DNA from: Alphaproteobacteria bacterium
GTDB taxonomy: Bacteria > Pseudomonadota > Alphaproteobacteria > ATCC43930 > CGMCC-115725
DNA: 64,000 nucleotides
NCBI GenBank assembly: GCA_030041385.1
Contig: JASHNY010000203.1
Span: 4,458 to 68,457, forward strand
Direction of reading: 5' to 3'
Below the pieces are notes generated by a model. The model was not told the DNA's origin. It did not search any database and was given only the letters and a program-made list of their open reading frames with translations. The position numbers were made by a program, and so were the translations under genes. This document shows, piece by piece, positions 17,865 through 27,860 of the stretch. The stretch's first letter is position 1; the number at the start of each line of letters is the position of its first letter.

Positions 17865-19067
17865 ATGACGGGCGGTCTGCCGGTCGTCCTGGGCTTCATC
17901 TGGGCGGCCATAACTATCGGCCTCATTCTGCGCGCGTTCCGGCAGTTCCGTGCGTATCGGCGCATCGAGCTGGCAACCGATCCGGGCAAGGCCCCGCTGC
18001 CCTCTCTCGCCGTCGTCGTACCGGCGCGGAACGAAGCCGACGTGATCGGGCGCTGCCTGGGCGGGCTGTTGGCGCAGGATTACCCGCGCGACCGGCTGCG
18101 GGTGACCATTGTCGATGACGGCTCGACCGACGGCACCGCAACGACGGTGCGCCGGGTCGCCAAGGGGGCACTCGGCGTCGCGCTGATCGAAGCCGGCCCG
18201 CTGCCCGAAGGGTGGACCGGAAAGGCGCATGCCTGCTGGCGCGGCGCGGCAACCGCGGGCGCCGATTGGTTGTGCTTTATCGATGCCGACGTGGTGCCGG
18301 CTCCGGCGTTGCTGCGGTGCGCCGTGGCGGCGGCGCGGCGGCGGCGCCTCGATTTCCTCTCGCTGGAGCCGCGGCAGGAACTCGAAAGCGTGTGGGAGCG
18401 GCTGGTGATCCCGGCCGGGCTTTTTGCCCTGGCCTTTCTCGGCGACCTGGGCGCCGCCAGCGACCCGTCGGCGCCGGCGACCGTCGCCAATGGGCAGTTC
18501 ATCCTGATCCGTCGCACAGCCTATCAGCGGATCGGCGGCCATTTTGCGGTGCGCGACGCAATCTGCGAGGATACGCGCCTGGCGCAGGCGGCGAAAGCAG
18601 CGGGATATGCGGTCGGGATGCTCGGGGCCGCGCGCCTGATCCACACCCGCATGTACCGCAACCTGCCGGCATTGTGGGAAGGGTTGACCAAGAACAGCAC
18701 CGAGACGCTGGGCGGCACGGCGCGGGCGTTGCTGGCCGGCACGTTGGCCGTGCCGCTGAGCCTGGCGGCGCTGATTGTGCCGATCGCGCTGGTCGCGCAC
18801 GCCGCCGCCGCACCAAGCGCGCTCGAAATTGCCGCGTCGGCGGCGGCGATGCTTGCCTCGCTCGCGATGTTCTGCCTGCACGTCGCCGGAGCCCGCTATC
18901 TCGGCATCCCCCGCTGGTATGGCCTGGCGTTTCCGGTCGGCTACGCGCTGGCGGCGGTGATCGCGCTCGACGGCTTGCGACGGCATTGGCTGGGGGCTGC
19001 GGCGTGGAAGGGCCGCACCTACTCGACCCGGCCGGACCCTCGTCCCGGCGGCGCGAGTTCCGACTAG
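17865..19067 (+). CDS. Membrane-anchored family 2 glycosyltransferase
   Basis: ATG at 17865. N-terminal TM segment, then VVVPARNEADVI and TIVDDGSTDGT (DxD region), with C-terminal TM segments. Confidence 0.8.
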   Translation: MTGGLPVVLGFIWAAITIGLILRAFRQFRAYRRIELATDPGKAPLPSLAVVVPARNEADVIGRCLGGLLAQDYPRDRLRVTIVDDGSTDGTATTVRRVAKGALGVALIEAGPLPEGWTGKAHACWRGAATAGADWLCFIDADVVPAPALLRCAVAAARRRRLDFLSLEPRQELESVWERLVIPAGLFALAFLGDLGAASDPSAPATVANGQFILIRRTAYQRIGGHFAVRDAICEDTRLAQAAKAAGYAVGMLGAARLIHTRMYRNLPALWEGLTKNSTETLGGTARALLAGTLAVPLSLAALIVPIALVAHAAAAPSALEIAASAAAMLASLAMFCLHVAGARYLGIPRWYGLAFPVGYALAAVIALDGLRRHWLGAAAWKGRTYSTRPDPRPGGASSD

Positions 19068-19081
19068 GCGGGAGGCCGCGC

Positions 19082-20128
19082 GTGCCGCCGGAACGTCGCG
19101 CACCGGCCAACAAATGGGCGATCGCCCTGGCGGTCGGGATCTGCCTGGCGTTTCTCTATATCGTCCGGCTCGCCGTCCTGCCGTTTCTGCTGGCTGCGGC
19201 GATCGCGTTTGCCGCCGACCCCGCCGTCGAATGGCTGATGCGGAAGGCGCAGCTGACGCGCGCCAAGGCGGCGCTGATCGTCTATCTGCTGCTGATGGCG
19301 GCGATCGGCGGGGCCATCTACGGCTCTACCGTGTCGCTTGCCGGCGAACTCGTCCATGTCGGCCATGATCTGCCCGAGCTGTTGCAGCGCCTATTGCACG
19401 AGGCGTTCGGCGGCGACACCATCACCCTGTTCGGCCGGACGCTGAATGCCGGGGACCTTGCGAACCAGGCGACAGGCGGGCTGATCAGCGCGGTGGGGCA
19501 GCCGAGCCAGTGGCTGAAGCTCGGCCTTTATGCCTTCGCCCTGGTTACGGGCCTGACCCTGCTGATTGTGCTGATCTACTTTTTTCTCGAAGGCGGACAG
19601 CAGCTTGCGGCCAGCGCGCTGTGGCTGGTGCCGCCGGAATACCGCGCCGAAGTCGAGGAGATGGTCGGCAGGATCACGCCGATGCTGCGCCGCTACCTGG
19701 TCGGGTTGCTGATAATTTTCGTCTTTGCGTCGATCGCCACCTGGGCGTTCATCCAGTTCGTCCTGCATCTTCCGGAGCCGGTCCTGCTGGGCCTGATCAC
19801 CGGCGCATTCGAAATGATCCCGGTGATCGGCCCTGCCGCCTCGGCGACCCTGATCGGGCTGCTGTCGCTGGAACAGCACGGGGTCTGGGCGCTGGTGGCG
19901 TTCGCCGTCTATGTGACCTCGTTCCGCCTCATCATCGACCGATTGCTCGGGCCGGTGGTGCTTGGCGCGGCGGCACGGCTTCATCCGGTCATCGTCATGT
20001 TCGCTTTGCTGGCGGGCGGGCTCGTGCTTGGCGTTGTCGGCGTGATCCTTGCGGTCCCGGTGGCGGCCGCGGTCAAGATCGTATTGCAGCATTACTATTC
20101 GCAGCCGATGCGGACCCGCTTGCGCTAG
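19082..20128 (+). CDS. AI-2E family (PerM/YhhT-like) transporter
   Basis: GTG at 19082 after GGGAGG. About 8 TM segments and GAFEMIPVIGP. The upstream 290 codons of the ORF-track call overlap the GT2 gene in another frame. Confidence 0.8.
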   Translation: MPPERRAPANKWAIALAVGICLAFLYIVRLAVLPFLLAAAIAFAADPAVEWLMRKAQLTRAKAALIVYLLLMAAIGGAIYGSTVSLAGELVHVGHDLPELLQRLLHEAFGGDTITLFGRTLNAGDLANQATGGLISAVGQPSQWLKLGLYAFALVTGLTLLIVLIYFFLEGGQQLAASALWLVPPEYRAEVEEMVGRITPMLRRYLVGLLIIFVFASIATWAFIQFVLHLPEPVLLGLITGAFEMIPVIGPAASATLIGLLSLEQHGVWALVAFAVYVTSFRLIIDRLLGPVVLGAAARLHPVIVMFALLAGGLVLGVVGVILAVPVAAAVKIVLQHYYSQPMRTRLR

Positions 20129-21051
20129 GCGCGCGGCTCGGGGCGAGGCGGGATCGTTTCGGGCAGCGGCTCGGTCCGCACGATCTCGCCGTTCAGTTCG
20201 GCGCCGGCCAGAATGATGTAGGCGGTGACGTAGAGCCAGACGAGCAGGACCGCTGCGGCGCCGAGCGATCCGTAAGTCCGGTCGTAAGACCCGAAATGCG
20301 CGGTGTAAAACGAAAAGGCGGCGGAGCCGCCGAGCCACAGCACGGCGGCGGCGATGGTGCCGGCGCGCAGAAAATCCCATTCCGGCCGATCCCGTTTCGG
20401 CGCCAGCCGATACAGCGTCCCCAGGCCAAGCACCGCCAGCAGCGCAAGGATAGGCCAGCGCGCCAATAGCGAAACCTGGCGCACCGGATCGGGCAGCGGC
20501 AAGTGCGTCAAAGCGGCCGGCAGCCCGGCGATCAGCAGCAATGCCGCGAGCGTGAACAGCGCGAGGCCGACTGTCAGGGCCAGCGCCAGCCCATAAAAGT
20601 GGAAAAAGCCGCGATCGTCCTGTCCCTCATAGGCCACCGTCAATGCCTGCATCATCGCGCTGGTTCCGCTCGTCGCGCTCCACAGGGCCAGAAACAGGCT
20701 GATGACCAGGCCGACGCCGAGCCGCGTCGGCGGGGCGGCGACCAGAGCGTGAAGCTGGTGCGAAATCAGGCCCAGCGCTTCGCCCGGCAGGATTCCGGCC
20801 AAGGCATCGACATGCCGCTCGATCGACGCCGGGTCGGCGATCAGGCCATAGGCCAGGACCAGCGCCGACATCGCAGGGAAGATCGACAGCATCGTGTAAT
20901 AGGCGGTGCCGGCCGCCATGATCGCGATGTTGTCGCGGGCCAGCGCGGTCCATACCCTGCCGAGGCGCGCGCGCCATCTGCGGAGCCGGTTTTGCAATCG
21001 GGCCGGGGCGCCTGTTCGACCGCCGGCGAGCATTCGCGATGCGGCGGACAT
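20125..21051 (-). CDS. YihY/BrkB-family membrane protein
   Basis: IAIMAAGTAYYTMLSIFPAMSALVLAYG and ALWSATSGTSAMMQAL are typical of YihY. Start chosen at MSAASRM. Confidence 0.8.
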   Translation of the reverse strand: MSAASRMLAGGRTGAPARLQNRLRRWRARLGRVWTALARDNIAIMAAGTAYYTMLSIFPAMSALVLAYGLIADPASIERHVDALAGILPGEALGLISHQLHALVAAPPTRLGVGLVISLFLALWSATSGTSAMMQALTVAYEGQDDRGFFHFYGLALALTVGLALFTLAALLLIAGLPAALTHLPLPDPVRQVSLLARWPILALLAVLGLGTLYRLAPKRDRPEWDFLRAGTIAAAVLWLGGSAAFSFYTAHFGSYDRTYGSLGAAAVLLVWLYVTAYIILAGAELNGEIVRTEPLPETIPPRPEPRA

Positions 21052-21112
21052 GCCCGAATAACATCGCCGTGCCGGCCAATGTTCCCTGCTGGCCGCGGCG
21101 CGGCCGACCGCC

Positions 21113-22584
<1,472 letters not shown>

Positions 22585-22585
<1 letters not shown>

Positions 22586-23508
22586 CAGCGCCCCTCGCGC
22601 GGACGCAGCGCGACGCCGAGTATCCCATCGGGCAGGAACAGGATGACCAGGAGCGCCACGGCCGATACGACGAACGTGTTGAGCTGCCCGATCGGGCGCA
22701 GCAACTCGTCGAACAGCACAAGAAAGATCGCGCCCAGGATGCCGCCGAGAATGGTGCGCCGCCCGCCGAACACAACGGCGATGATGATCTGGACCGCGAT
22801 CGACAGGTCGACCATCTGATCGACCGAGGCGGTGCCTTCGTAAAAGGTCAGCATCGCGCCGGCAAGGCCGGAGAACAGCGCGCTGATCGAAAACGCGGCA
22901 AGCTTGTGTTTGGTCACGTTGAAGCCGAGCGCCTGGGCCTCGATCCGGTCCTGCCCGGTGGCCTGCAGGATGAGGCCGAGCGCCGACCGCGACAGGCCGT
23001 AGAGAATGATGCCGGAGACCACCAAAAAGCCGAATGCGTACCAGTAGTTCACCTTGGTGCTTACCGACAGCACGTCGGGCACCATCATGCCGATTTCGCC
23101 GCCGGTGAACTTGGCGAAGATGACGATGACATCGAGCAGCAACAGGACCGCGACCAGCGTGACCAGGCCGAAATAGGGGCCGCGCAGCCGCAGCGCCGGC
23201 AGCGCCAGCGCGATCCCGCCAATCACCGCGATCAGGGCGCCGCCGATCAGACAGAGCGGGATCGGCAGGCCGGCATTATTGATGAGCCCCGCACCGTAGG
23301 CGCCGAGGCCGATCAGGAAGGTCGGGCCGAAATTGACCTCCCCGGCATAGCCGAACAACAGGTCCCAGGACATCGCGAACACACCGAAGTAGTAGGCGAT
23401 CGTGAAAATCCCGAGATAATAGGCGTCGAGCCACAGCGGCGCCGAACCGCCGACGATCAGCAGCGCGGCGAGCGACAGCAGAGACAGAGGGCGAAGGGTT
23501 TTCGGCAT
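22585..23508 (-). CDS. Branched-chain amino acid-type ABC permease (LivM-like)
   Basis: ATG at 23508 (MPKTLRPLSLL...), hydrophobic throughout. The stop overlaps the ATPase start by 1 nt (TGATG). Confidence 0.85.
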
Positions 23509-23522
23509 CGCGATCGTCCGCC

Positions 23523-24410
23523 TCAGCGCCGCCCGAGAATGCCTTGCGGGCGCAGGTACAGCACGATGATCAGGATCACCAGCGCCGGGATCGGCCGCAA
23601 CGTCGGCGCCACCAGATAGGCCGTGATCGTCTCGGCATAGCCGACGATATAGGCGGCGATCAGCGATCCGGGGACGCTGCCGAGGCCGCCCAGGATCACG
23701 ATCGTAAAGGCGCTCGCCGTCAAGGCCCCGGCATTGTCGGCGCTGGCGCCGAGGAACGAAGCGAGCAGCACGCCGGCCAGTCCCGCCAGGATCCCGTAGA
23801 TTGCCCAGACGACGAGGTAGACGCGGGACAATTCGAAGCCGAGCAGGGTCAGCGCCCGCGGGTTGATCGATGCGGCCAATAGCTGCTTGCCGATGCGGGT
23901 GCGGTTGACGAGCAGCGACAACAGGCCGATGACCGCCCAGCACAGCACGGCGATCAGCACCTCGTTGCGCGGCACTCGCACGCTGGCGATGGAGACGATG
24001 CCCGGCACTAGCGGCTGCATCGTTACCGGATTGTCGGTGAACAGATAGTCGAGCCCGACCTGCAGCATGATGCCCCACAGCAACGTGCTGGTGAGGATGA
24101 AGAGCTCCTCTTCCTCGGGCGGGATCGTCCGCGACCGCTGGATCGGCCGGATCACGGCATAATAGGTGACGAACGAGGCGATTACGCCGGCGACCACACC
24201 GACCGCTGCGCCGCCATAGGCGCCGACGCTGTAATTGGCGGCCACCCACCAGCCGACCAGCGCGGCGATCACCATGATCCCGCCATGGGCCAGATTGAGC
24301 ACGCCGGAAACGCCGAAGATCAGGGTGAAGCCGACGGCGCCGAGGCCGTAAAGCGTGCTGATTGCGAAACCGTCGACGAGGATCTGAAGGGCAAGCACGG
24401 AATGTCTGGT
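23523..24410 (-). CDS. Branched-chain amino acid-type ABC permease (LivH-like)
   Basis: GTG start at 24410 (VLALQILVDGFAISTLYGLGAVGFTLIFGV) matches the usual LivH N-terminus. The start codon is uncertain. Confidence 0.8.
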   Translation of the reverse strand, partial: TRHSVLALQILVDGFAISTLYGLGAVGFTLIFGVSGVLNLAHGGIMVIAALVGWWVAANYSVGAYGGAAVGVVAGVIASFVTYYAVIRPIQRSRTIPPEEEELFILTSTLLWGIMLQVGLDYLFTDNPVTMQPLVPGIVSIASVRVPRNEVLIAVLCWAVIGLLSLLVNRTRIGKQLLAASINPRALTLLGFELSRVYLVVWAIYGILAGLAGVLLASFLGASADNAGALTASAFTIVILGGLGSVPGSLIAAYIVGYAETITAYLVAPTLRPIPALVILIIVLYLRPQGILGRR

Positions 24411-24510
24411 TCCCGAAGGCAGCCCGCAGTCGGCGGCCGTTGGTCGGTGCAGCTTTCCGGCCGTGCGGCGGGCGGCGGAGCCGCAGGTCCGCTCCGCCGC
24501 CGGGCCGCCG

Positions 24511-25770
24511 CTAGTTCGCTGCCGCCTGCTGCGGCAGTTTGACGAAAGACGAGAACTCCAGCTTGTTCGGGCACTTGTCGCGCGGCCAGATGCAGACCTG
24601 CTTGCCGTGCTGCCACTGGAGGAACGTCCCGGTAACGTAGTTGGGGCCGTAGCGCATCGCGTGGGTGAACGTATCGCTGCGGCCATAGAACTCGTAATGG
24701 CCAAGCGTGCCGGTCATGTTGGTCTTTTCCATTTCGGCGACGACCTTGTCCGGATCCGTCGATTTGGCCCGCTCCATGGCCCCGGCGATAACCCGCACGT
24801 CGTCATAGGCGGTAAACCCGGTGAAAGCCGGGAACTTGCCGGTCGCCTTGACGAATTCGTTGGTGACCGGGATCGTCAAGGGGGTCAGCGCGACGCCTTG
24901 CACGGTGCCGGTCTGGGTGATGACGCCGTCGGTCGCACCGTTGGTGGTTTTCCAGAAGGTCGGATTGGTCGCCTGTGCGTTGTTGCCGGCCATCGGGATC
25001 GGCACGTGCTGGTCATGCCATTGCACCGTGGGCTGCACCCCGACATGGGCCATGCCGGTAATCATCACGTCCGGGTGCTTCGCCTCGATCCCATTGAAGA
25101 TCGGGGTGAAATCGGTGGTGTCCGGGTTGAACCGCACATGGTCGACGACCTTGATCCCGGCCTTGGGCAGGCATTCTTGCTGCGCCTGGTCGAGCGGGGT
25201 GGTCCAGTCGGCGTCTTCGCTGACGATCGCCGCGGTCTTCATGTGCAGCATTTTGACCAGGATGTCGCGCGAGGAATCGCATACCGCCTGCGCGATGATC
25301 GGCGCCGGCAGCCAGCCCTCGAACACGTATTTGAAGCGGTCGTAATTGTCGTGCACCTGCTTCGTGATCAGGTTCGAGGCCGCGGCCGCGGTAATCGTCG
25401 GCACGTGCAGCCGTGCCGCCCACGGCTCGAGGGCCAGGTAGACCTCGCTGATGAAGGTGGAGACGACGGCCTTGACGTGATCCTGCTGGACCGCGCGCTG
25501 ATAGGCGCGCACGGCATCGGCCGCCGAGGAGTGATCGTCGTAGATCACCAGTTCCAGCTTGTGGCCGTTGACCCCGCCCTTGGCGTTGATGTCATCGACC
25601 GCGAGCTTGGCGCCGTCGCTGATCGATTTGCCGAGGATCGCCGACTCTTCTGCGATCACGCCGATCTTGATCGGCGCGTTGTCCGCCGGCGCCGCCGCCG
25701 CCGCGCCGGCCAGCACGACCGGCCCGGCCGCAGCCAAGATTCCGGCCAGCCATGCCTTTCCAAAGGTCAT
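24511..25770 (-). CDS. ABC transporter substrate-binding protein (LivK/type I periplasmic binding fold)
   Basis: ATG at 25770 after GGAAGGAAACGG. Signal peptide MTFGKAWLAGILAAAGPVVLAGAAAAAPA, then IKIGVIAEESAILG. Confidence 0.85.
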   Translation of the reverse strand: MTFGKAWLAGILAAAGPVVLAGAAAAAPADNAPIKIGVIAEESAILGKSISDGAKLAVDDINAKGGVNGHKLELVIYDDHSSAADAVRAYQRAVQQDHVKAVVSTFISEVYLALEPWAARLHVPTITAAAASNLITKQVHDNYDRFKYVFEGWLPAPIIAQAVCDSSRDILVKMLHMKTAAIVSEDADWTTPLDQAQQECLPKAGIKVVDHVRFNPDTTDFTPIFNGIEAKHPDVMITGMAHVGVQPTVQWHDQHVPIPMAGNNAQATNPTFWKTTNGATDGVITQTGTVQGVALTPLTIPVTNEFVKATGKFPAFTGFTAYDDVRVIAGAMERAKSTDPDKVVAEMEKTNMTGTLGHYEFYGRSDTFTHAMRYGPNYVTGTFLQWQHGKQVCIWPRDKCPNKLEFSSFVKLPQQAAAN

Positions 25771-25949
25771 GTCCGTTTCCTTCCCATGTGTTGTGCGATT
25801 TCCGCTCCAGCAGGACGGGCGAGACAATGCGGTGAAGGTGGTGCGTTGTCAATTTTACCCCCGCGTCAATTCCGCGCGGTTCGCTGCGGCTGTCGGCCCG
25901 GCCTCGGCATCGCCCCCAAACCCACCTGCGGCATTGGCGCCGGCAACAA

Positions 25950-25993
25950 GTTTTTGATGATGTTTTTGATATTGAGTTGCAGGGTTTTTAGAT
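25950..25993. promoter_or_regulatory. AT-rich GTTTTTGAT-type direct repeats in the divergent promoter region
   Basis: GTTTTTGAT at 25950-25958 and 25962-25970, and GTTTTTAGAT at 25984-25993, in one of the most AT-rich stretches of the window, 37-80 nt upstream of the 26030 start. Confidence 0.2.
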
Positions 25994-26029
25994 AATTTCG
26001 CGGCATTCGCGACAGGAACCGCGGCGATC

Positions 26030-27847
26030 ATGACAGAGGCACAGGAAGCAATCTGGGCGAGGACGCGCCGGCGCCCCGGCACGGGGCTCGGTGCGGTCCG
26101 CCCGCCGGCCGCGGTCAACGCCCGCGCCGAGGGAGTGCTGCGGAACGGGGCGGCGAGCCAGACCGCGCCGGCCGATATTCGCCTGATCGCGTTCTATCTG
26201 CCGCAGTTTCATCCGATCGCCGAGAACGATCGCTGGTGGGGGCCCGGGTTCACCGACTGGCGCAACGTGGTCCGCGCCACGCCGCTGTTCGAGGGGCACT
26301 ACCAGCCGCGATTGCCCGGCGCGCTCGGCTTTTACGATTTGCGCATGGACGAGGTGCGGCGACAGCAGGTCAAGCTCGCGAAGGAATATGGGGTATACGG
26401 GTTCTGCTATTATTTTTATTGGTTCAACGGGCGCCGTGTTCTGGAGCGCCCGCTCGAGCAATACGTCGCCGATCGGGAAATCGATTTTCCCTTTTGCATC
26501 TGCTGGGCCAACGAGAACTGGAGCCGCCGGTGGGACGGCGGCAACCACGAGGTGCTGCTGGTGCAGGAGCACAGCCTCGCCTCCGACATCGCGTTCATCC
26601 GTACCGTCATCCCGCTGTTCAAGGACCCGCGCTACATTCGCGTCGACGGCATGCCGCTGCTGGTCCTGTACCGCGCCGACCTGTTGAAAGACCCCGCCGC
26701 CACCGCCGCCGAGTGGCGCCGAGAATGCGAGCGCGCCGGGCTGCCGGGTGTCCATTTGTGCCTGGCGCAAACCTTCGGCACGACCGATCCGCGCCCGTTC
26801 GGGTTCGATTCCGCCTGCGAGTTTCCCCCGCACGCGCATGCGGTCGGCCAGATCACCGACCAGATCAGCGACCTGCCCGAGGGGTTCGACGGCTGGGTGT
26901 GCGATTACGAGATGGTCGCGCGGCACTCGCTGACCGCGCCGCCGCCGCACTACACGCTCTATCGCGGCCTGTTTCCGAGCTGGGACAACAGCGCGCGCAA
27001 GCGTAAGCAGGCGCTGATCTTTCACCGGGCCGATCCGAAGCGATACGAATACTGGCTGCGCGGGCTGATCCAATACACCCGCCAGAACCTCGGCGGCGAC
27101 CGCCGGATCATCTTCGTCAACGCCTGGAACGAATGGGCCGAAGGCGCCCATCTCGAGCCCGACCTGAAGCACGGCAGCGCCTATCTCGAAGCGACCCAGC
27201 GGGCGCTCGGCGGGCAAACTGATGCCGAGCAATTGATCGCCCTGTTGGGCCGCGAGATCGAGTCGATCGGCGATCCCGCGTTGCGCGAGCGGATCGACGC
27301 CTATGCCCGCGAAATCTGCGGCCACGTGCGTCAATTGACCAAGACGGTCGAGTACTTCACCGCAGAAAAGGAGATGGTCGAGCGCTTCCGTCAGGAGCGC
27401 GCCGCCTCGGCCTTTCACCGGCAGACGATCCAAGAACTCCTCGGGCACGATGCCGGCAATGACGTCGAATGCTGGTTCGAGCGGATCAACGGCCGGTCGC
27501 TTGCCGCCGATCCGATGCTCGACCAGCGGATCACGGTGCACCTCGAAGGGTGGCTGCTGTGCCCGGGCGTCGTGCCCGACGCCGAGAACACGGCGCGTTT
27601 CATCCTGCTGCAGGACATCGAGCACGGCGACACCTACGCGGCGCAGGTCTTTCAGTATTGGCTGCGCCAGGACGTGGTCGAGGCGAGACCGCACGTCGAT
27701 TCCCTGTACACGCTGAAATCCGGGTTCGGATCGCTGTTTTCGCTGTCCAAGGTTCCGGCCGGAACCTACCGGCTCGGCTGCGCGATCAAGGACAACCACA
27801 AGGCCGCATACCAATGGACGGAGCGCCGGGTGCGGCTGACCCCATGA
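26030..27847 (+). CDS. WbsX-like (GH99-like fold) polysaccharide biosynthesis protein
   Basis: LIAFYLPQFHPIAENDRWWGPGFTDWRNV...FCYYFYWFNG...CWANENWSRRWDG is the signature I associate with the WbsX glycosyltransferase family. Confidence 0.8.
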   Translation: MTEAQEAIWARTRRRPGTGLGAVRPPAAVNARAEGVLRNGAASQTAPADIRLIAFYLPQFHPIAENDRWWGPGFTDWRNVVRATPLFEGHYQPRLPGALGFYDLRMDEVRRQQVKLAKEYGVYGFCYYFYWFNGRRVLERPLEQYVADREIDFPFCICWANENWSRRWDGGNHEVLLVQEHSLASDIAFIRTVIPLFKDPRYIRVDGMPLLVLYRADLLKDPAATAAEWRRECERAGLPGVHLCLAQTFGTTDPRPFGFDSACEFPPHAHAVGQITDQISDLPEGFDGWVCDYEMVARHSLTAPPPHYTLYRGLFPSWDNSARKRKQALIFHRADPKRYEYWLRGLIQYTRQNLGGDRRIIFVNAWNEWAEGAHLEPDLKHGSAYLEATQRALGGQTDAEQLIALLGREIESIGDPALRERIDAYAREICGHVRQLTKTVEYFTAEKEMVERFRQERAASAFHRQTIQELLGHDAGNDVECWFERINGRSLAADPMLDQRITVHLEGWLLCPGVVPDAENTARFILLQDIEHGDTYAAQVFQYWLRQDVVEARPHVDSLYTLKSGFGSLFSLSKVPAGTYRLGCAIKDNHKAAYQWTERRVRLTP

Positions 27848-27860
27848 CAGGGCGGCCGCG

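Noticed and set aside
26802-26812. GGTTCGATTCC, a tRNA T-loop-like motif
   Set aside because: It lies inside the WbsX-like coding frame. The flanking bases do not form a T-stem and no acceptor or anticodon arms can be drawn. I found no tRNA in the window.
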